Positions 22,487 to 34,215 are shown, counted from the first letter of the whole stretch. The stretch is DNA of 63,529 nt, filler included, from 10 parts of 10 records of this genome joined end to end with filler, not necessarily neighbours in it, one strand, 5' to 3'. The notes: a model not told the origin generated them from the sequence alone. Made by a program: numbers and translations.

Positions 22487-24895
22487 ATGCAGAAAAAAGC
22501 AGACATAAAAAAGAAGCTTTTCAGGGCGTATCCCCCGCCTGTTTTTTCCATGGGTCACCGGAACTGCCAAAGGATTTATTTTACTTGCCTGGTCATTAAC
22601 CTGGTCATTTGCGGGCGCTGCCGCGGTCTTTGCCCAGGACACACCGATCCATTTTACCCATGAAGAAAAATTATGGATAGCTGAGCATCCGACCCTCCGA
22701 CTTGGCATCGGCGTGGCATTTCCGCCGTTTATGTGGGTTGAAAGCCAAGACAATCAGCATCTGTTTAAGGGGATGGTGTCAGATTACCTTGACCTGCTCA
22801 GCAAAAAATTAGGTATGGATATGCAGATCGTCCACGGCCTTGCCTTTGACCAAGCCCTGGCCCGGGGCAAGGAGGGCCGTATCGACCTTTTTCCATGTAT
22901 TTCCAAGACCCCGGAACGGTCACAATTTCTCCTGTTTACAGAGCCTTATCTTTCCTATCCTCTGGTTATCATTGCCAAAGAAGACGCCCCGCTTATCAGC
23001 GGCGTAAAAGACCTGGAAGGAAAACAATTTGCAGTTGTCCGGCACTTGTTTGTGCATAGCTGGATGAAAAACAATTATTCACACCTTGATATCAACTATG
23101 TTTTTACCCAAAAGGTTGAAGAAAACCTTGAAGCGGTCTCTTTGGGGCGTGCCGATGCCTCCGTTATTAACCTGGCCGTGGCCAGTTATTTTATTCAGAA
23201 AAAAGGGTTGACCAATCTCAGGATTGCCGCTCCGGTAAATTGGGACGGCGTTCAACTCTCAATGGGTATTCGAAAAGACTGGCCCATGCTCAAAGCGATA
23301 ATCCAAAAAGGGTTGGCCTCAATTTCCAGAGAAGAAAAGGATCGGATCAGCCATAAATGGATCCGGGTCAAATACGAGCCTGGTGTGGCCATGGGTAAAA
23401 TCTGGCGGTGGTCCCTGGGGATCGGCCTGGCTGTTTTTGCTCTTTTTGTTTTGGTTTCAACCTGGAACAAGCAATTGCGCAAGGACGTGGTCAAGAGAAA
23501 AAAGTTGAAAATGATCTAAAGGAAAGCCAACGTCGATTAACCACCTTAATTGGAAATTTACCAGGAATTGCATACCGCTGTTTAAATGATGAGACTTGGA
23601 GGATGATATACATCAGTGACGGTTGCAAGGCTTTGACAGGTTACGGACCATCTGAACTCATTGAAAACCGTGTGTTGGCATATGGGAATTTAATTGTCCC
23701 AAAGGATCGTCAGCGTGTATGGAACCACATCCAGGCGGCAATACGTGCCCAGCGTTCATTTACAATTGAATACAGGATACAGGACAAAAATAAGGGTGTG
23801 AAATGGGTGTGGGAGAAGGGGCGTTGTGTGGAGCAATTAAAAGGGGCTCCCCCTGTTCTTGAAGGGTTCATCGCTGACATCACCGAGCGCAGGCAAGCTG
23901 AAAAATTCTTACGTGAAAGTTCGGAATTAAATGAACTGATGTTAAACAGTCTTCCACACCCGGCCATGCTTATAAATAAAAAACGAATGGTTTTAGCAGC
24001 CAATAAAGTCGCAATTGATGCCGGGGTGGAAATTGGAAAATTTTGCTGGGACACTTTTGGCCATCGCGGCTGTATTTCACCGGAACAAAGGCTTCGGCTC
24101 AAAAGAGACAAGGAGTGCTTGAAAGATGACATCCAGTGCACGTTCTGCCTGGCAGATGCCTTAATTAAAACAGGTGAAACCCAGAATGATCCTGAGGTCT
24201 CAGCCTTTGGAAAAGTATGGGATACATGGTGGGTCCCCATTAATGAGGATAGCTATTTTCACTATGCCGTTGACATTACCGAACGCAAGTCAGCGTCTGA
24301 TTTTTTACGCAAGGAGGCTGAGCGGTCGAAGTTGCTTTTGGACCTTTACCTGCAAGCCCCTGAGTTATCAGACAAAGAGTTGTTCGAGTATACCCTTAAC
24401 AAGGCCGTCACCCTCACGGGCAGTACCATCGGTTTTTTCCACCAGGTATCTGAAGACCAAAAAACCGTTATTCTCAACACATGGAACTCGGAGACACAAA
24501 AGAGATGTAATGCCGCTTACGACTCCCATTATTCCATTGAAACGGCGGGAAATTGGGTGGATTGCTTTCATTCACAAAAGCCAATTGTATATAACGATTT
24601 TTCAATCGCCCCCAATCAAAAGGGATTTCCAGATGGTCATGTTCCCATAGAACGCTTCATGAGTATACCCGTAAAAGAAGATGGAAAGATCCGGTATATC
24701 TTTGGTGTTGGCAACAAATCCCTTGATTACGATGATTACGATGTCACCCAGATTCAATTGGTTGCCAATGAACTATACAATATCATTAAACAACGGCGGG
24801 CTGAAACGGTGGTTGAGGATCTTCAAAAACAGCTTGTTCAGGCCCAGAAAATGGAGTCCATCGGTACGCTGGCAGGGGGGATTGCCCATGATTTC
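22487..24895 (+). CDS. Sensor histidine kinase (periplasmic SBP_bac_3, PAS, PAS, GAF, HisKA), 3'-truncated, apparent frameshifts near 22610 and 23500
   Basis: FTHEEKLWI...FPPF; TM; NLPGIAYRC PAS; GAF with FGVGNK; QAQKMESIGTLAGGIAHDF H-box; start uncertain. Confidence 0.85.
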
Positions 24896-24995
24896 NNNNN
24901 NNNNNNNNNNNNNNNNNNNNNNNNNNNNNNNNNNNNNNNTTAATTAATTAANNNNNNNNNNNNNNNNNNNNNNNNNNNNNNNNNNNNNNNNNNNN

Positions 24996-25613
24996 CAGAG
25001 AACGACGGATCGCCGAGAGCATCCGAAGATGTACCACTTCATCCCCGGATACCGGCAGGAGGAAGAGGTGCACCGGTCCCCTGTCGAAGGCGTTCCACTC
25101 CACACCGGCCGGACTGATTCCGACCACAAGAAGCGGCCTGTCTACCTCAAGGTCACCCGGATGGCGGAGATGAGGAATGGCGATTCCTCCTCCGACGCCG
25201 GTGGACATCATGTTCTCCCTTTCTTTCAAACGGACAAGGAATGTCTCACCGTCGCGAACGACGCCTGATTCGATCAACGGCGCGGTGAGCATCCGGAGAA
25301 CCGAGTCCACCGGCACAGCGGGGATGTCTGTGACGATCAGATTCTCATTGGTGAGCCTGGATAAAGGAACCGAGTCCGTTTCATTGCTCAGCATGGACGC
25401 CAGACCGGCTCGGGCACTGTTGCCCCGGTTCTGCCTTTTTTCATCGATCCAGCGGTAGAAATCATCCCTGTAGAACCGCCATTGATTGGCGATCTTAAAC
25501 CCGGGGATAGTACCGTCCTGAAGCATTCGGGAAACTGTTTTCTCTGAGACTTTGAGAACTTCGGCGACATCCGCCATTGTCATCATTTGTCCTTTAATGT
25601 CTACGTTGTCCAT
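24996..25613 (-). CDS. Excisionase-type HTH fused to PTS EIIA (Ntr/Fru type), 3'-truncated
   Basis: MTMADVAEVLKVSEKTV...IPGFKIANQWRF; RENMMSTGVGGGIAIPH. Confidence 0.88.
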
Positions 25614-25765
25614 ATATGACGTTGTAGTCCCTATTCGGGATATAGTCAATATCATCTTACAGAAAAAAGGTCTTTTCCGATGAATTCCGAATATCTCAGG
25701 AAGAAAACAGGCTCAGGCCCTGCAGGTGCTTTATCAACAACCCGGAAAAACGGCATGATCCGGTC

Positions 25766-26416
25766 ATGAAAGCCGTGATATTCGACATGGATGGCGTCAT
25801 CATCGATAGCGAACCTGTACACATCCGGGAGGAATCGGCCCTCTTTTCCGAACTGGGCCTGAGTCTTTCCCGGAACGAGCATGAGAGTTTCCTGGGAACC
25901 AGCAGCCATGAGATGTTCCGCAGGTTGAAAGAACGGTACGGTCTCCGTGAGTCCATAGAAGAACTGGTGGAAGAAGAGCGGCGGCGGTACCTGACCGCCC
26001 TCGGCTCCGGAGAGGTGCCCGTTGTTCCCGGCATCCCGGAAACGGCCGCCTCGCTGTCCAGCGGCGGATTCGCGCTGGCTATCGCCTCGTCGGCGCCTCA
26101 TGAGCAGATTGATGCTGTTCTGGAGCTTTCAGGTCTGGACCGGTTCATCCGGGTGGCGGTGAGCGGCGACGATGTCCATCGCAGCAAGCCGGATCCGGCG
26201 ATATTCCTGAAAGCCGCAGGAATGCTGGGAGTCCCCCCGGGAGACTGCTGGGTCATCGAAGATTCAGCGAACGGCATCCGGGCCGGCCTGGCCGCAGGAA
26301 TGCAGGTTATCGCCTACACCGGCCCCGATGCGCCTGCGCAGGACCACTCGGAAGCCCATCACAGGGTAACGGCCATACCGGAGGCTGAAGCCATCATAAG
26401 GAAGCAAGAAAAATGA
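25766..26416 (+). CDS. HAD-family phosphatase (beta-PGM-like)
   Basis: IFDMDGVIIDSE, ASS, SKPDP, IEDSANG. Confidence 0.92.
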   Translation: MKAVIFDMDGVIIDSEPVHIREESALFSELGLSLSRNEHESFLGTSSHEMFRRLKERYGLRESIEELVEEERRRYLTALGSGEVPVVPGIPETAASLSSGGFALAIASSAPHEQIDAVLELSGLDRFIRVAVSGDDVHRSKPDPAIFLKAAGMLGVPPGDCWVIEDSANGIRAGLAAGMQVIAYTGPDAPAQDHSEAHHRVTAIPEAEAIIRKQEK

Positions 26417-27696
26417 CAACAATCGTACTGGGCACATTCCTGGGCCTGTTCATCGCGGAATTTCTTATCGACTGGACCCTCGACATCCTGAACCTCAACG
26501 CGTCGTTGAAGAATCGGGAAGTGATTCCCGAGGCCTTCGTTTCATCAGTTGAAGAAAACGAGTATCGGCGAAGCATCGACTACACGCTTCGGAAAGGCCG
26601 TTTCGGATTGCTGCGCTCCAGTGTCGGTCGGGCGGTTCTGCTGGCCGTCCTGTTCACCGGAGCCGGCGGGCTGCTGGATTCGGTATTGGCCGGATGGAAC
26701 CTGCCGGCCTATGTTCACGGCCTGCTGTTCCTGCTCATCAGCTCCGTGGTCCTGAGCTTCCTGGAGTTTCCCTTCTCCCTGTACTCGCGATTTGTGATTG
26801 AGGAGGAGTTCGGATTCAACTCCCTCACCTTCGGCACCCTGCTGGCCGACACCGTCAAACAGGCCCTTGTGGGACTGGTTCTCCTGGCGGCGCTGCTGGG
26901 GGGGCTGTACGGGGCCCTGCATTGGACCGGCCGTTTCTGGTGGCTGGCCGCCTGGGCATTCTGGGCGGTGTTCCAGCTGCTGATGGTCGTCCTTTACCCG
27001 CTGGTGATCGCGCCGTTGTTCAACAAATTTGAAACCCTTCCCGAAGGAAGCCTCCGTCATCGCCTGGAAAACCTGGCGGAACGCAACAGCTTCGCCAATT
27101 CAGGCATCTACGTCATGGACGGCAGCCGACGAAGCCGCCATTCCAATGCCTACTTCACGGGGATCGGCAAATCCCGGCGAATCGTCATCTACGATACGCT
27201 GATCGACGCCCTGGAAGAGGACGAGCTCGAAGCGGTGCTCGCCCATGAAATCGGCCACTGGAAACACGGTCATATCCGCAAGCGGCTGGCCAGGTCGCTG
27301 GTGCTCAGCCTGGGTATGTTCGCACTGGCGGGACTGATGCTGGAATGGAGCCCCCTGTACCTCGCTTTCGGCCTCGGAGAGCCGTCGCTGCATATGCTGC
27401 TGTTCTGGCTGACCTTCTTCTCTTCGCCGGTTGCCGCATTGTTCACACCTCTGGGGAACCGACGATCCCGGAGGGATGAGTACCAGGCCGACTCCTTCGC
27501 CGTCACCACTACTGGATCAGTGGATCCCATGAGGCGGGCACTGATCAATCTCGGCAAAGACAACCTGAGCAACCTGACTCCCCATCCCGCGTTCAGCGCC
27601 TGGCACTACTCTCATCCCGCCCTCGCCGAACGGTTGGCTGCGCTGGGAAATGCCGGCTGTCCGGAGACAGTCGAGAAAGCATCAGGCGGAAATTGA
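26413..27696 (+). CDS. M48 (Ste24/CAAX-like) membrane metallopeptidase
   Basis: PLFNKF, DGSRRSRHSNAYFTG, AHEIGH, EYQAD, HYSHP. Confidence 0.93.
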   Translation: MTTIVLGTFLGLFIAEFLIDWTLDILNLNASLKNREVIPEAFVSSVEENEYRRSIDYTLRKGRFGLLRSSVGRAVLLAVLFTGAGGLLDSVLAGWNLPAYVHGLLFLLISSVVLSFLEFPFSLYSRFVIEEEFGFNSLTFGTLLADTVKQALVGLVLLAALLGGLYGALHWTGRFWWLAAWAFWAVFQLLMVVLYPLVIAPLFNKFETLPEGSLRHRLENLAERNSFANSGIYVMDGSRRSRHSNAYFTGIGKSRRIVIYDTLIDALEEDELEAVLAHEIGHWKHGHIRKRLARSLVLSLGMFALAGLMLEWSPLYLAFGLGEPSLHMLLFWLTFFSSPVAALFTPLGNRRSRRDEYQADSFAVTTTGSVDPMRRALINLGKDNLSNLTPHPAFSAWHYSHPALAERLAALGNAGCPETVEKASGGN

Positions 27697-27924
27697 TTCC
27701 CCAACGGGGATGCCGAAAATTGGGAGAGTAGCCCATACCGCACTGCTGCAGGTAACCATCCTCGTGACAACGAACCTCGCTTATCAGCCAGTTGTCCTTC
27801 AGCCGAGCTCATCGGCCTGATGGTCTTCTTCGTCTACCGGCCATGGAGGCTGGAGTTCCGCCTTTCCCGAACGACCGGGTGGACGTGGTCTTCCTGGCCG
27901 TCGCCCTGGCGGCCCAGGCGAAAC

Positions 27925-28302
27925 TCAGCTCACGATCGCAATAACAAGAACCGCGCTGACAGCCAGGGACATCGCTCCGTACAGCCAGTCTCTCCTAAGC
28001 AGCCAGGAGACGGCGAGGGCCAGAAGGGTCGGCAGGGCCGTCGTGGCCAGGACGGCCAGCGCCGCCGTGCTCAAGCCGTAGCCGCCGAGGGACCGGAACA
28101 TCCAGAGAGGACCGGTTTCCGTCCCCGTGGCGTCAAGGTATTCACCGGTATCCAGAAACCAGGATGCCGCCGATTCTCCGGGGACGGTATCGACAGGCAG
28201 AACGGAAAAAACATACAGCAGGAACACCAGCAGGGAGAGACCGAGGGCGGCCATGCCGATGCCATGCAGCCAGTTCGTGGCAATACGATCGGTGGTATTC
28301 AT
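27925..28302 (-). CDS. Small membrane protein (DUF1634-like) coupled to the TauE gene
   Basis: 125 aa from MNTTDR with three hydrophobic segments; start overlaps the upstream stop. Confidence 0.65.
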   Translation of the reverse strand: MNTTDRIATNWLHGIGMAALGLSLLVFLLYVFSVLPVDTVPGESAASWFLDTGEYLDATGTETGPLWMFRSLGGYGLSTAALAVLATTALPTLLALAVSWLLRRDWLYGAMSLAVSAVLVIAIVS

Positions 28303-29258
28303 ACAATCCCCAATCCGGAAAGAATCTGTCTGAGCCCGGCCAGAACCAGGAAGCCGATGACCACCCAGCGAATGGCTCCCGGGCGGATACGGGTGAGCAG
28401 CCGGGCGCCAAGACGGGTACCCAGCATCATCCCGGCCACCGAAGGCAGGGCGATGATCGGCAGAACGGCGCCCTGGTTCAGGTAAACCCAGGATGCCGCG
28501 GAGCCGTTGATGGCGATGATCAGGACGCTGGTGGCCACGGAAACCTTGAGCGGCGCACCAAGAAGCAGGTTCAGTGCCGGCACATTGGCCCAGCCGGCCC
28601 CCAGACCGAACATGCCGGCCATGAATCCGATGAACAGAAAGAGCACGAATCCGGGCATAAGGCGATGGACATTCCAGCTGACCGTGGTCATCGCACCGGG
28701 ATCCTCGTATTTTCCGGCGATACCGAGTTTCAGGCCCAGGGGATCGGGATCGGCGACTTCCGGATGATCCGACCGCCTGGCCAGGAGCATAAGGGCCACG
28801 ATAGCCAGGATCACCGCTCCAAGGGACAGCTCCACGGCGCGGTCGGGAACCGCCAGTCCCACATTCGCACCCAGCAGGGATCCGATGGAACCGGCCAGCG
28901 CCATCGGCAGTGCCAGCCGAAGGGAAGCCATTCCGGATTTCAGCAACCTGGGAGCGGCGGACAGCGCTCCGGCCAGGGCCACGAGAAGTCCGGCGCCGCG
29001 GACATAGTCGAGATGGAAGGGGAAGATGGCGCTGACGATCGGGACGTAGAGAATGCCCCCGCCCACTCCCGCGACAATCGCCGCGACACCCAGCAGGAAA
29101 CAGAAAGCGAAAAGCAGCAACGACCAGCCCCACCAGGGAAGGGCCGAGGCGTCTCCGGTAACCGGGGAGGTCTCTGGAGACGCGGCGCCGCCGGCAGCGG
29201 CGGCCAGAAGGAGGAACAGCACCAGGACAATAGCCTTGCGGCCGGGGTTTCGAATAAT
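28299..29258 (-). CDS. TauE/SafE (TSUP) family transporter; start uncertain
   Basis: AGVGGGILYVP and FGLGAGWANVP repeats, ATS motif, multiple TM helices. Confidence 0.88.
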   Translation of the reverse strand: MIRNPGRKAIVLVLFLLLAAAAGGAASPETSPVTGDASALPWWGWSLLLFAFCFLLGVAAIVAGVGGGILYVPIVSAIFPFHLDYVRGAGLLVALAGALSAAPRLLKSGMASLRLALPMALAGSIGSLLGANVGLAVPDRAVELSLGAVILAIVALMLLARRSDHPEVADPDPLGLKLGIAGKYEDPGAMTTVSWNVHRLMPGFVLFLFIGFMAGMFGLGAGWANVPALNLLLGAPLKVSVATSVLIIAINGSAASWVYLNQGAVLPIIALPSVAGMMLGTRLGARLLTRIRPGAIRWVVIGFLVLAGLRQILSGLGIV

Positions 29259-29388
29259 GGGTACATCCCTCCGTGAAAGGTTCGGGGCATTATCCAACGT
29301 ATACGGCCCTCCGGGCAAGAACGGACCCTGCGGCGGAGCGACGGCCTGTCCTTGCGACATCATTATCTTTTTACTAATATTTACAACC

Positions 29389-30660
29389 ATGAACGTAAGC
29401 ACTGTAGTCGAAGGCATCTACCGCCTGTCCGCCAATATGGAGGACATCCTTTTTGAGGGTCTGTGGCCCATTCCCAACGGCGTATCCATGAACTCCTACA
29501 TCGTGAAAGGTGAAAAAACCGCTATTGTAGACGGCGTCTGCGGCTGGGACGGTGTACCGGAAACCCTATTCGGACAGCTGGAACAGATCGGAGTGGAACC
29601 GGAGTCGATCGATTATGTGATCGTGAACCACATGGAACCCGATCACTCAGGCTGGCTGGATGATTTCCGGAAGGTGCGGCCGGACTTCACCATTGTCACC
29701 AGTGCCAAGGCCGTACCGCTGATGGAAGCCTTCTTCGACATCACCGAAGACATCATGGTGGTAGGCGATGGAGACAGCCTGGACCTGGGAGACGGACGGG
29801 TCCTTTCCTTTCATGAGATACCGAATGTCCACTGGCCGGAAACAATCGCCACTTTCGACACGAAGTCCGGCACCCTTATGCCCTGTGATGCCTTCGGATC
29901 GTTCGGGTCCATCGGCAAAGCAGCTTACGACGACCAGCTGACCGACGATCAGCTTGCGTTTTTTGAAGAAGAAGCTATCCGGTATTACTCCAACATCGTG
30001 GCGGCCTTCTCCAGGCCGGCGGCGAAAGCCATCGAGAAATGCGGCCCATTGCCGATACGCGTCATCGCTCCGGGACACGGCGTGGTCTGGCGGAAGAATC
30101 CGCAGAAGATCATCAACGACTACATCCGCTACGCCTCCTACCAGACCGGACCCTGCCGGAAGGAGGTGACCGTCATTTTCGGATCCATGTACGGGAATAC
30201 CGAACAAGGCGTGGCACCGGCGGTGGAGGCCCTGGAATCAGAAGGCATGAAAGTGCGGGTCCACAGGGTTCCCGAAGACAGCTGGGGAGATATCCTGGCA
30301 TCAATCTGGAGCTCCACCGGCGTGGTCCTGGCCATGCCGACCTATGAATACAAGATGTTCCCGCCGATGGCCGCCCTGCTGGAGGAACTGGGCAAGAAGA
30401 AAGTCCAGGGCCGTCACGCCTTCCGGTTCGGCTCGTTCGGCTGGTCCGGCGGCGCCCAGAAGGAACTGGAGGAGATAACCGACCGCTACAGGATGAACTG
30501 GCAATTCATCGAGCCCCATGAGTTCAAGGGCCGCCCCTCGGAGTCCGACCTGATAGAGATAAGGGAACGCTGTCGAGACCTCGCCTGCAAAGTGAAGCTC
30601 GCAGTGACGCAGACTCAGGCGGACCCCGCCGATCTTCAGGCCGCCGCATCTCGAGCATGA
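29389..30660 (+). CDS. fprA: FprA-family flavodiiron protein
   Basis: FEGLWPIPNGVSMNSY, NHMEPDHSG, VHWPET, CDAFG, APGHG, SMYGNT, FGSFGWSG. Confidence 0.92.
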   Translation: MNVSTVVEGIYRLSANMEDILFEGLWPIPNGVSMNSYIVKGEKTAIVDGVCGWDGVPETLFGQLEQIGVEPESIDYVIVNHMEPDHSGWLDDFRKVRPDFTIVTSAKAVPLMEAFFDITEDIMVVGDGDSLDLGDGRVLSFHEIPNVHWPETIATFDTKSGTLMPCDAFGSFGSIGKAAYDDQLTDDQLAFFEEEAIRYYSNIVAAFSRPAAKAIEKCGPLPIRVIAPGHGVVWRKNPQKIINDYIRYASYQTGPCRKEVTVIFGSMYGNTEQGVAPAVEALESEGMKVRVHRVPEDSWGDILASIWSSTGVVLAMPTYEYKMFPPMAALLEELGKKKVQGRHAFRFGSFGWSGGAQKELEEITDRYRMNWQFIEPHEFKGRPSESDLIEIRERCRDLACKVKLAVTQTQADPADLQAAASRA

Positions 30661-30747
30661 GCACCGGGGTGACCGCGACGATAGAAACCGGGGATACCGA
30701 AACAGCGTTCTATCCACTGCCATCATCGCCGATGTATATTCCTTCCC

Positions 30748-31596
30748 ATGCCGTATTCAATCATCACCCATTCCGGCCGGGCCCATCTGGACGAGATCCT
30801 CGCCATCGCCGCCCTGGCAGCCTGGAAAGACGAGCTTCCCCAAGACATCCGCCGACTGCCCTCCGAAGAATCGGCATCGCTGGTGGCATCAGGGGATATC
30901 CCGGATGATACCTGGGTGATTGACTGCGGACTGGAATTCAATCCGGACAGGCGGCTGTTCGACCACCACCAGGACCGGGCGCTTCCCAGCGCGGCGCTGA
31001 TGATGTTCCGCCATCTCTTCCCGGAGCTGGAAGGAACCGACCTGGCGGTCTACTTCGAGCTGGTGTCCCGGGTGGATACCGGCGGCATGAGGGCCCTGGA
31101 GGATTTCGAACACCTGAGCGAAAGCCGTGACTATATGGGCTTTACACAACAGATTCTCACCAAGGTGTTCGAGATGAGACCGCTGGCGATCGTGGAGATC
31201 GTCACCCGGGGACTTCAGGAGAAGATCCGCTTCGAAGCAGAAAAGAAAGCCGCCGCCGAATGGGTGGCGGTACCGGGCAGGCTGGTGGACCTGGATATCG
31301 ACGGCGTAAAGGTCCTCGAATACACCCAGCAGCCGCCGATCGACATTGTCGACGGTCTGAAGGGAATCGATGCCGCGATTATCGAGGAGCATCAGGCGGC
31401 GGTGGTCTACGGCTTCGACAAGAAGGATCCGGGGATCCGCACCCTGTACCGCACCGACATCGGGCATCACCTGGTGGATTTCACCCGGGCGAATATCAGT
31501 AACCCGCTCTTCTGTCACCAGGGTGGATTTCTGGCTCGTTTCCGTCCGGCCGACGAGGACGAATGGAAGCGGCTGGTGGCGGAGTCGGAACTTTAG
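30748..31596 (+). CDS. MYG1-like (DHH superfamily) hydrolase
   Basis: ITHSGRAHLDE, FDHHQ, FCHQGGF. Confidence 0.75.
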   Translation: MPYSIITHSGRAHLDEILAIAALAAWKDELPQDIRRLPSEESASLVASGDIPDDTWVIDCGLEFNPDRRLFDHHQDRALPSAALMMFRHLFPELEGTDLAVYFELVSRVDTGGMRALEDFEHLSESRDYMGFTQQILTKVFEMRPLAIVEIVTRGLQEKIRFEAEKKAAAEWVAVPGRLVDLDIDGVKVLEYTQQPPIDIVDGLKGIDAAIIEEHQAAVVYGFDKKDPGIRTLYRTDIGHHLVDFTRANISNPLFCHQGGFLARFRPADEDEWKRLVAESEL

Positions 31597-31819
31597 AGCA
31601 GTTCCTTTACCTGTTTGACGTTCAGCACCTTTGCAGTGCTTTTCATCTCACCATCGATGGCCAGCGCCGGGTTCCCATCACCCCCCGGGCGACGATGTCA
31701 TCAAGCTTGTCGACTTTGACGATTTCAGCGTCCATGTCTTTGTCGGCCAGAGCCTTGCGGACGTTCTCTTCCAGTTTCGAGCAGTTCGGGCATCCCATGC
31801 CGAAGATTTCAATTTTCAT
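31593..31819 (-). CDS. Small thioredoxin-family protein (MTH895/ArsE-like; frameshift near 31668)
   Basis: IEIFGMGCPNC; GVMGT then PALAIDG in the shifted frame. Confidence 0.85.
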
Positions 31820-31861
31820 TCTGTTGACCTCCGAAGTCATATAAGCGGGCGGCCGCAGCCG

Positions 31862-32089
31862 CTACATCACCAGGTTAAGTATCCAGCCGGCCAGTGTGAA
31901 GAATACCAGAAGCATCGCAAAGAAGATCAGCAGCAGACGGCTCTTCATCACCTGCCTGAGCATCACGAACTCGGGGAAGCTGACCGCGACGACGCTCATC
32001 ATGAACACCGTGGCGGTTCCCACCGGCAGGCCTTTGGCGATTAGACTGCCGATGATCGGCACCGTGGCGCTGGCACCCCCGTACATGGG
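31862..32089 (-). CDS. ArsP/DUF318 permease, C-terminal fragment
   Basis: PMY...KGLPVGTATVFMMSVVAVSFPE; typical neighbour of MTH895-type thioredoxins. Confidence 0.8.
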   Translation of the reverse strand, partial: PMYGGASATVPIIGSLIAKGLPVGTATVFMMSVVAVSFPEFVMLRQVMKSRLLLIFFAMLLVFFTLAGWILNLVM

Positions 32090-33277
32090 NNNNNNNNNNN
32101 NNNNNNNNNNNNNNNNNNNNNNNNNNNNNNNNNTTAATTAATTAANNNNNNNNNNNNNNNNNNNNNNNNNNNNNNNNNNNNNNNNNNNNCTCCTCCTCCT
32201 CCTCCTCCTCCTCTCTCCCCTTGTGCATGCTCAGGACTCGTCCTGTGAGTATCGCTTCTTCGCCAGTGGTGAGACCAACATTGAAGAGTTCCTGCACTGT
32301 CTGGACGAACAGAAGCAAGTGGTACCCACAGCACAGCACACGAGCCATCCCTCTATCCACTCACTCCCTTTGCAGATCGCCTCGAATGACGTTGTCACTG
32401 CATTGGCACGCCACGTTCCCTCTCCAACTCCTCAGTACGTGTCCCTCGCCCTCCCGTCTCCTCTCCTCACGAATCCTTCTACAGATGTCCACCGTACGCA
32501 GGTGAACTTCCCAGTGGACCCACACTCCCTGTGCTTGGGTGCGGTGGTGATGCATGTCGAGGCGTGGTGTTGTGGGGGTGGTGACGAGAATGCAACAAGA
32601 TCTCCTGATCTTCGCCAACGCATTGAATTCCATGAGATGCCACGTCGTGTGTTCCGTACACCCAAATCGGAGGAGGGTACGGGTGATGGGGATGGTGGGT
32701 GATCCCGTTCTGATCCACAACCCCCGTGGGAGAAAGACGTGGCACCCTTGGCGCCTGAGTTAGGGGCCTGTGAGATGTGTCAACTCCTTGTTTTGTTTAC
32801 ACGCAACGCTCAGATCGCACTTTCGGTAGGTTGTTGATGACATCCGTCCTTCTTCTCTGGTTCTCATGTGAATCGCATCCAGACATGGGATGTGTGTGGT
32901 GCAGAGGAACGTTCGATGATGTGTGAACGAACCAATTTTCTCGTACACGGGGATGCGATGGGATCCCGTGTGACGTCAACCCTTCTTCATCACGCCGATC
33001 GACACATTGCAACGGTCGGTGGGAATGGAATTCTTTCTTTGAGTGGAGGGGTTCCTCATCTATCCAGACGAACAGTGTCAGCGGATCCTGGCCGAAGGAT
33101 GCCGTCCAGAGGTTGCCCAACTCTTTCGCGACACGATAAGCTCTACGGCTCTTTGCTATGCACGTGACGCCCAAAGCCATGCAATCCAGCCCCCTACGCG
33201 ATGTTCTCCTGGTGTGGTGTGCCAAACGTTGGGCCACTGCGTCACCTCGGAGGTCGCATGAATAACACCTTTTATCC

Positions 33278-34215
33278 TTATACCGGTTGAGTTGTGTCCT
33301 GTTTGCTTTCCTCTGGATCGCTTGTGGTTGTCGATCTATTGCTCATGGGTCAGTCAAATCAAAGACGTACGTTATGCACGCACCCCAAAGCTTTCACGAC
33401 TTGTGCTTGTTGGGCAACAAGGGTGTTGAACACAATCATTTGCTCCTTCACGCGCAGACACAGATGATACTGATGGAAGAACGCAGGATTCTGTTCTTCC
33501 AGTTTTTGCCATACAAGTGATGTGAATCCGGGTTCAATTTGTGCGTGATAATGGAGGGTGGCAACCGCCTCGTCTCGGTTCATGAATAACTGAAGGCATT
33601 GCTCCACAAGGGACTGGACCTGGTACAGAAGGCACTCAGAACCGAAGAACTGAACAGCGCCACAAACGGAGAATGCACCCTTTGAATCTCCTCACAGCTC
33701 ACCCTGTGGTTCTGGGGAAGTGCAGGGGGTGCCTAGGGAAGGACGAACAAGCAAACAAGCAGAAATGAGCTCGCTCTCCAAAGGAGATGAATTGCTCTGG
33801 ACGTACTGCATAGGGAGGCACCATACGGGGATAGGGAACAGGATACACCTGATCATTCTGAATGCCATGAACACACGAGCGGGATCGAGTGCGGGCAGGC
33901 GTAACGTACAAGAGAGAGTCCACTGGTCCGTCCTTGGGAGTGTGCGCCGTCAGTTGGGTTCACGGCTTGTGGTGATGTTCCTGCCACAGCCACTGCCTCG
34001 ACTTCCTCCGCCCCCGCCGCCACCGCCACTGCCCCATCCCCCTCACCCCGTGCAGAATCCCTCCCTGAGTTCCCCGTTGAGCTTTCCTCAGCTTCACACG
34101 CAAGGGCACGCGGGGAGGATAAGGCAAGAGGGGGAGTGGATAAGATGGGAGAGGATTCATCCTTTTGTTGCGTCGTCTCCGTTGGGATTCCTCCTCCCCT
34201 CCCCTCTCCCATCAT
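33278..34215 (-). CDS. Eukaryotic TIGR01589/PF09713 (A_thal_3526) domain protein, spliced; 5' end uncertain
   Basis: Spliced RVSCEEIQR|VQSLVEQCLQLFMNRDEAV...IEPGFTSLVWQKLEEQNPAFFHQYHLCLRVKEQ; four GT-AG introns; last exon DTTQPV*. Confidence 0.8.

Noticed and set aside
27700-27924. Intergenic stretch after the M48 gene as a riboswitch or ncRNA
   Set aside because: It lies between convergent genes and has no recognisable conserved RNA motif
32190-33260. Possible spliced genes (plus strand about 32235-32760; minus-strand ORF 32797-33237)
   Set aside because: GTAC...CAG intron-like segments are present, but I found no recognisable domain or reliable gene model
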